Below are positions 14,912 to 20,519 of a DNA stretch of 32,000 bases, one piece after another (the first letter of the stretch is position 1; every line of letters starts with the position of its first letter). The position numbers were made by a program, and so were the translations under genes. Source of the stretch: Faecalibaculum rodentium (GTDB lineage: Bacteria; Bacillota_I; Bacilli_A; Erysipelotrichales; Erysipelotrichaceae); assembly GCF_001564455.1 (NCBI RefSeq), contig NZ_CP011391.1:1380001-1412000 (forward strand), read 5' to 3'. The notes beneath the pieces are model-generated. The model did no database searches. It saw only the letters and a list, made by a program, of their open reading frames with translations, and was not told the origin of the DNA.

Positions 14912-15325
14912 ATGAAATCCAATATTCCATCCACTAGAAGGCTGTTGAAATTCGTCTTCAAGAACCCGAACTGTTCAGCCGAGGACGTTGCCCACAAGTT
15001 CCAAATTGAACATATGGATGCCGTCTGTATTCTTAACGGAGTATCAGACTGCATAGTTTCGAAGTTCGTAACTCAGGATGGCTTTATCGTTGATCGTAGT
15101 GACATTCAGCTAACTGCTGTTGGTCGTCAGTATCTCGAGGACAAATCATGGGATCGCCTGCTGGTTACCGCTTCATTCCTGGTTTCTCTTGCCTCATTGA
15201 TTGTTGCCGTCATTGCAGCTTGCATTTCCTACCAGACGAACACTGCAAGCCCCGACAACAGCAGCGCAACTACCGAGAATACCAATGCCAGAAATGACAT
15301 AAATTTTGACTCACCGTCTTCGTAA
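14912..15325 (+). CDS. plus-strand moron B: 137-aa winged-helix-like N-domain with a C-terminal TM segment
   Basis: GGAGG 7 nt upstream of ATG 14912. Sequence MKSNIPSTRRLLKFVFKNPNCSAEDVAHKFQIEH... then LLVTASFLVSLASLIVAVIAACISY. Fills a 360-nt gap in the minus operon. Its last 97 nt overlap convergent gene 15229..15435. Confidence 0.55.
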   Translation: MKSNIPSTRRLLKFVFKNPNCSAEDVAHKFQIEHMDAVCILNGVSDCIVSKFVTQDGFIVDRSDIQLTAVGRQYLEDKSWDRLLVTASFLVSLASLIVAVIAACISYQTNTASPDNSSATTENTNARNDINFDSPSS

Positions 15326-15435
15326 ACGACGATTGGCTGCCGTCTCTCTCGTTCCCTCATCTCTCTCTGGAGCTTCAGCTTCTCCAGAGTTATGTATCTG
15401 CCGTCAATCACCTTGACGGCTTCTTTTTCTGTCAT
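15229..15435 (-). CDS. small tail-anchored membrane protein, 68 aa
   Basis: Internal ATG 15435 gives an ATGA overlap with the upstream stop. Sequence MTEKEAVKVIDGRYITLEKLKLQREMRERERRQPIVVYEDGESKFMSFLALVFSVVALLLSGLAVFVW. Confidence 0.6.
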   Translation of the reverse strand: MTEKEAVKVIDGRYITLEKLKLQREMRERERRQPIVVYEDGESKFMSFLALVFSVVALLLSGLAVFVW

Positions 15436-15635
15436 TCGACTCTCTCCAATGCGTGTGTGATCGCCATCCAGACGACCTCGCTCGCGTCGTTCCAAGTGTC
15501 CGCTCTGGTTTTGTCAGCCTTGTTACCTGATTTTTGATAATCCATATGGGCAATATTTCTCTGGCATAGGAATTCTTCCCCGAGTTCGTAGCGGATACCG
15601 TTGATGATTCTTATCACGTCGTCTTTGTCGTACAT
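15432..15635 (-). CDS. hypothetical phage protein, 67 aa
   Basis: ATG 15635 with GAAAGGA 6-7 nt upstream; 10 nt after the upstream stop. Confidence 0.55.
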   Translation of the reverse strand: MYDKDDVIRIINGIRYELGEEFLCQRNIAHMDYQKSGNKADKTRADTWNDASEVVWMAITHALERVE

Positions 15636-15645
15636 ATGTGTCCTT

Positions 15646-15834
15646 TCATTCAGTTGCAAACAGGTATTCAAACGTTTTTCCGAAACGTTCGCAGTATTTC
15701 CGACATTCCAGGGCCGTGAATTTTCCTGTTCTGAGCTTTTGTTTATATGCCTGTCTGGTCATTCCGATAACTTCGCCCATCTGCGCGTCAGTCAATTTGT
15801 GATACGCCTGTTGGCCTAAAAGGTTTGGGAACAT
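15646..15834 (-). CDS. second small XRE/Cro-type HTH regulator, 62 aa
   Basis: RBS AGAGGTGAT. LTDAQMGEVIGMTRQAYKQKLRTGKFTALE....F.YLF is the same layout as the Cro-like protein at 16499..16705. Confidence 0.7.
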   Translation of the reverse strand: MFPNLLGQQAYHKLTDAQMGEVIGMTRQAYKQKLRTGKFTALECRKYCERFGKTFEYLFATE

Positions 15835-15900
15835 TTTGTTATCACCTCTTTACCCAATGTGAGTTATAATTAAATTGATTAAAGAAAGGCGGATTTGTTT

Positions 15901-16104
15901 ATGACTAACGTTGAACGCGCCCATTCTCTTGCTATGCATTTTCTGGATAATGAAATCGAAAGATCCCGAAAGGATGCGATTCAGGCAACCGTTGAACAAA
16001 TAGGTGTTGAACCAATTGATGTCACGGTTGACCCGGTGGCTGTTTATCGGATTCTGTTCGACAAATTTCTGAAAGAGCTGTCTGAGCAATTCCCTAACGA
16101 TTAA
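15901..16104 (+). CDS. plus-strand moron C: acidic soluble protein, 67 aa
   Basis: ATG 15901. Sequence MTNVERAHSLAMHFLDNEIERSRKDAIQATVEQIGVEPIDVTVDPVAVYRILFDKFLKELSEQFPND. More protein-like than the antisense ORF 15850..16146. A plus-strand terminator lies ~100 nt downstream. Confidence 0.5.
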   Translation: MTNVERAHSLAMHFLDNEIERSRKDAIQATVEQIGVEPIDVTVDPVAVYRILFDKFLKELSEQFPND

Positions 16105-16249
16105 CTCTCTGTGGTTCAACCCAGGCCTTACCGATTTCGATTCCATTTTTCACAAAGACGACATTGTGCTTTTTCTCTTTATCTTTCAGCTCAATGACCG
16201 TCACAGCCTCCTTTCGGAGGCTTTCTTTTTCTTCTTCCATGTGTGTCAT
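16094..16249 (-). CDS. small Glu/Lys-rich protein, ~48-51 aa
   Basis: ATG 16249 (MTHMEEEKESLRKEAV...) or ATG 16240 (MEEEKE...). Co-directional with the early operon. Confidence 0.45.
   Translation of the reverse strand: MTHMEEEKESLRKEAVTVIELKDKEKKHNVVFVKNGIEIGKAWVEPQRVNR
16205..16238 (+). terminator. plus-strand intrinsic terminator embedded in the 5' codons of a minus-strand gene
   Basis: Stem AGCCTCC (16205-16211) / GGAGGCT (16216-16222), loop TTTC, then TTCTTTTTCTTCTTCC followed by CAT (16238-16240). Confidence 0.55.
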
Positions 16250-16254
16250 TTCAT

Positions 16255-16449
16255 TCACCCGTTCCGTCGCAGATACTGCCGGTAGATCTCCGTCGCTCTG
16301 ATCAGGCTCTCGAAGAAGGAAAGCTTCCGGCACGTCCCGTCTTCCGAGTCGTGGTCATAGGCGATAGCGAAACCGTCCCGCAGTTCCAGCAGTGCGATTT
16401 CTCCCGCCATGTAGTAGGGCTGAAAGCTCGCCAGTACTTTTGATTTCAT
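16255..16449 (-). CDS. hypothetical early protein, 64 aa
   Basis: RBS GGAAAGGAGAAACAC-ATG; first gene after cro. Confidence 0.6.
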   Translation of the reverse strand: MKSKVLASFQPYYMAGEIALLELRDGFAIAYDHDSEDGTCRKLSFFESLIRATEIYRQYLRRNG

Positions 16450-16491
16450 GTGTTTCTCCTTTCCTGGGTGTGTGTCCTTTCTTTAAGTGTT

Positions 16492-16507
16492 GTGTCTTTT
16501 AGGACAC
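16492..16507. promoter_or_regulatory. operator-like palindrome (imperfect) at the 3' end of cro
   Basis: GTGTCTTTTAGGACAC has one mismatch to the perfect site at 16723-16738. An extra half-site GTGTCC lies at 16472-16477. Confidence 0.45.
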
Positions 16508-16705
16508 TTCGCTTTTAAAAAAAATTCCAGCAGGCGATTCAAGACCTAGAAAATCCAACGTTTCTTGAATTTCTCCAAGAGTAAATTCGGTGATTCCGTT
16601 CAATTTTCTATACAGAGTGGAACGGCTCATGCCTAGCTTTTGGGCTAAATCATGCATCGAAATACCCTGCTTACGCATTTCATACTCCAACCGATACTTA
16701 TCCAT
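16499..16705 (-). CDS. cro: Cro-like XRE HTH regulator
   Basis: ATG 16705 with AAAGGAGGAG RBS, 68 aa. HTH is ISMHDLAQKLGMSRSTLYRKLNG. Divergent from the CI gene. Confidence 0.8.
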   Translation of the reverse strand: MDKYRLEYEMRKQGISMHDLAQKLGMSRSTLYRKLNGITEFTLGEIQETLDFLGLESPAGIFFKSEVS

Positions 16706-16722
16706 CTCAAGCTCCTCCTTTC

Positions 16723-16738
16723 GTGTCCTTTTGGACAC
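16723..16738. promoter_or_regulatory. operator: perfect palindrome GTGTCC-TTTT-GGACAC
   Basis: Lies between the cro -10 element and the cro RBS, i.e. over the predicted transcription start. Confidence 0.6.
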
Positions 16739-16742
16739 TTGC

Positions 16743-16772
16743 ACAATACACCTCTGTGACTTTGGATGTCAA
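16743..16772 (-). promoter_or_regulatory. early lytic promoter (P-cro)
   Basis: On the minus strand: TTGACA (16772-16767), 18-nt spacer, TATTGT (16748-16743). Confidence 0.6.
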
Positions 16773-16822
16773 CAGGAAATGTTTCTTTAATGACACTCAT
16801 CTGTCTCATAGCGCTTCTTGTG

Positions 16823-16852
16823 TTGCATAAATGACACGCAAGCGGATATAAT
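16823..16852 (+). promoter_or_regulatory. repressor promoter (P-cI)
   Basis: TTGCAT (16823-16828), 18-nt spacer, TATAAT (16847-16852). GAGGTG RBS before ATG 16877. The AATGACAC 8-mer occurs at 16789-16796 and 16830-16837, the latter inside the spacer. Confidence 0.6.
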
Positions 16853-16876
16853 GATTTCGAATAATGAGGTGCAATC

Positions 16877-17533
16877 ATGTTAGAAGATACAGGAAGAAGG
16901 ATTAAAGAATTAAGAACCGAAAAAGGATGGACACTTGAGCAATTGGGCGATGCTGTTGGAGTCAATAAGAGCACCGTCCGAAAATGGGAAACTGGAATGA
17001 TCAAAAATATGCGCCGGGACAAACTGGCCATGATCGCCAAAGCCTTGTCAACCACTCCTGCTTACCTCATGGGCTGGCAAGAAGAGGGAGCCGGAGACCC
17101 TAAACGAGAACCCGGCAACATGCTGCCCCCTGAACGGTTGCAGATTCACCTGAATACCGTCCCAGTCTATGATCCGATTTCTTGTGGGACTGGAAAATGG
17201 GTTGATGAGCAGCCGGTGGACTATCTGGGCGTACCGGATACAATGGTTTCCAAAGCCTGTCATTACTTTGCAAATCCTGCTTTTGGTGATTCCATGGAGC
17301 CCCGAATACAGAACGGTGACTATGTCGTTTTTGAGCAGACCTCAACCATTGACCCAGGGTCCATTGGCGCGTTCAGTCTAAATGGGGAGTATTTCTGCAA
17401 GAGATTTAAAAAGCTCCCCGATGGGAGCATGTGGCTATTTTCTGAGAATCCAAGGTATGAACCTATACCGATACAGAAATACGATGACTTCCGTGTGCTT
17501 GGAAAGTACAGGATGCGAATGACAGAATATTAA
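16877..17533 (+). CDS. cI: CI-type prophage repressor (XRE HTH + S24 LexA-like peptidase)
   Basis: 218 aa. HTH is WTLEQLGDAVGVNKSTVRKWETG. The S24 domain has GDSMEP (Ser nucleophile) and FCKRF (Lys). Confidence 0.9.
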   Translation: MLEDTGRRIKELRTEKGWTLEQLGDAVGVNKSTVRKWETGMIKNMRRDKLAMIAKALSTTPAYLMGWQEEGAGDPKREPGNMLPPERLQIHLNTVPVYDPISCGTGKWVDEQPVDYLGVPDTMVSKACHYFANPAFGDSMEPRIQNGDYVVFEQTSTIDPGSIGAFSLNGEYFCKRFKKLPDGSMWLFSENPRYEPIPIQKYDDFRVLGKYRMRMTEY

Positions 17534-17549
17534 GAAAGGATTTTTGATT

Positions 17550-18095
17550 ATGAAGAAGAAACTACTTACTGCAGGATTGGCGGCCCTTATGCTGGCCGGA
17601 TGTACTGGTACTAAAAAAATCGAATTGACTCCTGATGGAACGGCTTTTAATGCTTCTGCATTAGATACTGCAAAAGCCGTCCAAAAAGCACTGCCTTCAG
17701 ATGCTAAAGCAACTTTAGATACAAGCAATGATTATCCTGGAATTGATATTGTGGGACCTTCAGGCGATGAAACTTCGATTGTCGTCTGGGACAAATACGA
17801 TAAGAGCAGGGTTGACGCTATAAATATATCAGCAATAATACCTACCTCAAAAAATGACCAAAGCGTTAAAGACTACTATATGTACGAACTTCCTAAAACG
17901 GTTTTGAAAACGCTGGACATAGATGATGCTGAAGGGTTAGCAAAAGCAGCCTATCGAGATAGCGTCACTCACTACACATATGGAAGTGCAGAAGTTGACG
18001 GCATTAAATGCGCGGTTTCTCAGCAAGCAACGGATGATGGATTTGTTTATATGACAGTAATAGCTCCAGAAACAGGTTCTTTCTGGGAATACTGA
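17550..18095 (+). CDS. prophage-encoded lipoprotein
   Basis: ATG 17550. Signal peptide MKKKLLTAGLAALMLAGC with a lipobox LAGC. Confidence 0.8.
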   Translation: MKKKLLTAGLAALMLAGCTGTKKIELTPDGTAFNASALDTAKAVQKALPSDAKATLDTSNDYPGIDIVGPSGDETSIVVWDKYDKSRVDAINISAIIPTSKNDQSVKDYYMYELPKTVLKTLDIDDAEGLAKAAYRDSVTHYTYGSAEVDGIKCAVSQQATDDGFVYMTVIAPETGSFWEY

Positions 18096-18219
18096 TAACT
18101 CCCGATGACGAATTCCCCGTACTTGGTAAATATAAACTCAGGATCACTGAGGATTAAATAATCAAAGCTCTTTACATGCGTATATTTAGGCGTATAATAT
18201 AGCTATAAGGAGGTTGGAG

Positions 18220-18408
18220 ATGACATACAGGGAGATAGAAAAACTGATACTGAAGGATGGCTGGATGGTCACCAGACAAAGAGGCAGTCACAGACAGTAC
18301 AAGCATCCTGAGAAAAAAGGACTCGTGACCATTGCTCCCCACAGCTGGTCAGACGAAGTCCCTAAGGGAACCGCCAACAGCATTCTTAAACAGGCGGGGC
18401 TGAAATAA
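18220..18408 (+). CDS. hicA: HicA-family mRNA interferase toxin
   Basis: AAGGAGG 6 nt upstream of ATG 18220. ...LILKDGWMVTRQRGSHRQYKHPEKKGLVTIAPH...VPKGTANSILKQAGL is the typical HicA sequence. Confidence 0.9.
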   Translation: MTYREIEKLILKDGWMVTRQRGSHRQYKHPEKKGLVTIAPHSWSDEVPKGTANSILKQAGLK

Positions 18409-18440
18409 GCCCTCCTGCCCTGTATATCTTCGAACGAATC

Positions 18441-18830
18441 ATGAAAACAAAAACCTATTTAGCCGTTATGGAGCCCTGTGATTCAGGGTATGGCGTTTAC
18501 TTTCCTGATTTCCCAGGGTGTGTAGCATCCGGAAAAACCATTGATCAGGCCGCCCGTATTGCAAAAGACGCTCTCTCCATGCACTACTACGCTTTGGAAG
18601 AAGAAAGCGAAGAAATCCCGGAACCTTCTCAGTCTCTGAGCGCTGAGGACACAGCTGGTAATGTCGTTACCCCTATCACGATTTATCCGGAGCTACTGCA
18701 CGAAGAATACCGGAACCGCAGAGTTAAAACCAATACCACTATCCCCGCATGGCTTAAAGCTGCTGCGGAAGAAAAAGGAATCAATTTCAGCCGTGTTCTG
18801 GAAAATGCCTTGATGGGAATGATTAACTAA
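18441..18830 (+). CDS. hicB: HicB-family antitoxin (RNase-H-like fold + C-terminal RHH)
   Basis: YLAVMEP.DSGYGVYFPDFPGCVASGKTIDQA...A.DAL is the HicB N-domain. The C-terminal TTIPAWLKAAAEEKGINFSRVLENAL is RHH-like. Confidence 0.9.
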   Translation: MKTKTYLAVMEPCDSGYGVYFPDFPGCVASGKTIDQAARIAKDALSMHYYALEEESEEIPEPSQSLSAEDTAGNVVTPITIYPELLHEEYRNRRVKTNTTIPAWLKAAAEEKGINFSRVLENALMGMIN

Positions 18831-18962
18831 ATTATTGAAGACACAGGCGTTCACTGATAAAATGTGAATACATTCAGGAAGAGATCATATCTGCTTCCAT
18901 CGCTCCTGGCCTTCGAGTAGGGAGCACGGCTGTGAAGCCACACACGAGCCCCAGCGGCTCCA

Positions 18963-19000
18963 GCCCTGTGTTTCTATAGAGACGCAGGGCCTTTTGTTTT
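18963..19000 (+). terminator. intrinsic terminator of the cI-lipoprotein-hicAB transcription unit
   Basis: Stem GCCCTGTG (18963-18970) / CGCAGGGC (18983-18990) with one G-U pair, 12-nt loop, then CTTTTGTTTT. Confidence 0.65.
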
Positions 19001-19042
19001 AATGATTTGAACTCTTTCCATTTTGGAAACGGTTCACAGCCA

Positions 19043-19072
19043 CACCATTTTCGTCAAGCGTTGAAAATGGTG
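19043..19072. repeat. perfect 10-bp inverted repeat
   Basis: CACCATTTTC (19043-19052), 10-nt spacer, GAAAATGGTG (19063-19072). Confidence 0.8.
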
Positions 19073-19136
19073 TTCTGAGCATTTTGTATAGAACGCAATT
19101 TGCTACCTGGTCGATTTCGACTCCTTTAACAACAAC

Positions 19137-19175
19137 AAAAAAAAACTCCCCCGCCGGATGCAGCCAGCGAGGGAG
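19137..19175 (-). terminator. minus-strand intrinsic terminator just upstream of int
   Basis: Imperfect GC-rich hairpin at 19146-19175 (CTCCC..CGC.GG / CC.GCG.GGGAG). On the minus strand it is followed by a run of nine T (A-run 19137-19145 on plus). Confidence 0.55.
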
Positions 19176-19180
19176 GCAAA

Positions 19181-19244
19181 GGATGGTATAACCAACCTCA
19201 AAGCATTAGTGATTGTACCATCCTGACGAACAGAAAGGATGGTT
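19181..19244 (+). promoter_or_regulatory. int leader with alternative pairings around the int RBS
   Basis: GGATGGTA (19181-19188), TACCATCC (19216-19223) and GGATGGT (19237-19243, part of the int RBS AAAGGATGG). The middle element can pair with either flank. Confidence 0.4.
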
Positions 19245-19249
19245 TTTCT

Positions 19250-20383
19250 ATGCGATTTGATAAGCGAGAATCGAAGAAATCGAAGTCCGGCTACACATGG
19301 CGGGTCACTTTTGAATACAAGGACCGGTACGGGAAAAAGAAGAAGTACAGCAAGTCCGGCTTCGCGACCAAGAAGGCAGCGCAGGTACATGCCCTTGCAG
19401 TCCAGTCCGATCTGGCCAAAGGGCTGGTGGTGGACAACTCCGTTCATACAGTTGATGAGCTTTTCCAGCAGATGATCAAGCTGCCGGGATACTCCCCGAA
19501 CACGATCAGCCTGTATAGGGACAATTACAATAAACACATCCTGCCTGTTCTGGGAAACGCAGATATCAAAGATCTGCACTACCCAGAACTGCAGAGCTTT
19601 TTCACAGATATGTCGACTGTGGGAAAATCTGCCGTCGCAACTACCAAAACCGTACTGACCGGGATTGGGAATCTGGCTGTCAAATCCGGATACATCGCCA
19701 GCTGGCCAATCAATCTGGTACAGACCTCCGGCGTCAACAACAGCAGAAAGAAAGCCGGCAGCAGCGACTACCTTTCGGAGACAGATTTCAAATCGCTGTT
19801 GAATCTGGTATCACACGCGAAAGACGAGTTTACTTCCGGATCTAAAGGAGTGTTCCTGATGCTTGGTTACTATTTGGGACTGCGAATCGCAGAAGCCTGT
19901 GCTCTGACATGGGATGATGTGGATTTCCAGAGCCGGACAATCCGGATAAACAAGCAGCTGACCTACACCAGGCTAAAGGTCAAAGATTTCTATATTAGGG
20001 ATATGACGAAGACAGAAAAACCGAATGCCGTTTTACCTGTCCCTGAACCATTGATAGAATCCTTGAAGGAATGGAGAGACTACAACCCCTATCCCCTGAT
20101 TCTCTGTACAGAAGAGGGACGTTGGCTGCATCCGAGAAACACCGGTAATACAATCAGGACTGCAGCGCAAAAGCTTGGGTTTGATTTCCATCCGCATATG
20201 CTCCGGCACACTTACATCACGAATCTTGTGCTGGCCGGGACTGACTTGAAAACAGTTGCTGATTTGGCACGCCATGCATCAGCAGCAATGTCTCTGCAGG
20301 TCTATACAGAGACAACTGATTTAAGGAAAGCGGAGGCTATCGCAAGGGCTTTTGAAGACGAAATCCCGAACATTCTGGCGTAG
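19250..20383 (+). CDS. int: phage tyrosine integrase
   Basis: 377 aa. N-terminal arm-binding-like region (KSGYTWRVTFEYKD.YGK). The catalytic C-domain has ...GLRIAEACAL.W.DVD..., HMLRHTYITNLVLAG and the ...LQVYTE Tyr. Confidence 0.95.
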   Translation: MRFDKRESKKSKSGYTWRVTFEYKDRYGKKKKYSKSGFATKKAAQVHALAVQSDLAKGLVVDNSVHTVDELFQQMIKLPGYSPNTISLYRDNYNKHILPVLGNADIKDLHYPELQSFFTDMSTVGKSAVATTKTVLTGIGNLAVKSGYIASWPINLVQTSGVNNSRKKAGSSDYLSETDFKSLLNLVSHAKDEFTSGSKGVFLMLGYYLGLRIAEACALTWDDVDFQSRTIRINKQLTYTRLKVKDFYIRDMTKTEKPNAVLPVPEPLIESLKEWRDYNPYPLILCTEEGRWLHPRNTGNTIRTAAQKLGFDFHPHMLRHTYITNLVLAGTDLKTVADLARHASAAMSLQVYTETTDLRKAEAIARAFEDEIPNILA

Positions 20384-20439
20384 AAAAATGCTCCAATTTT
20401 ACTCCAAAAATGAATGAACCTCATTAAAAATCGTCGAAT

Positions 20440-20462
20440 CCCCTTTAGGTAAAGGGGTTTTT
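20440..20462 (+). terminator. intrinsic terminator after int, at the prophage/host junction
   Basis: Stem CCCCTTT (20440-20446) / AAAGGGG (20451-20457), loop AGGT, then TTTTT. Confidence 0.7.
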
Positions 20463-20489
20463 GACGGAAGAATTGACGAAGTGTATAAT
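20461..20489 (+). promoter_or_regulatory. promoter of the foldase operon
   Basis: TTGACG (20461-20466), 17-nt spacer, TATAAT (20484-20489). The -35 element overlaps the terminator T-run. Confidence 0.6.
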
Positions 20490-20519
20490 TTAACAGTTGA
20501 ACACACAAGGAGGACAACT

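Noticed and set aside
14746-15054. 102-aa minus-strand ORF
   Set aside because: It is antisense to the GGAGG-preceded plus ORF 14912..15325 and crosses the 31-bp repeat and terminator. Its sequence is implausible.
15850-16146. 98-aa minus-strand ORF
   Set aside because: Asn/Arg/Ile-rich implausible sequence with no RBS. The opposite-strand 67-aa ORF looks like a real acidic protein and has a downstream terminator. The call remains uncertain.
1-20400. Whether the element is a phage satellite (PICI-like) rather than a prophage arm
   Set aside because: Int, repressor and primase-helicase genes are shared with satellites. However, the full AAA_24/DUF669/helicase/RusA/dUTPase/RinA set in phage order, and the lack of a left att repeat in the window, favour a complete temperate phage continuing leftward. 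This cannot be settled without the flanking sequence.
18831-20480. tRNA or tmRNA gene as integration target near int
   Set aside because: I could not find acceptor or T-arm-like pairings, or a GTTCGAATC-type T-loop, in either flanking non-coding region. This would need tRNAscan-type confirmation.
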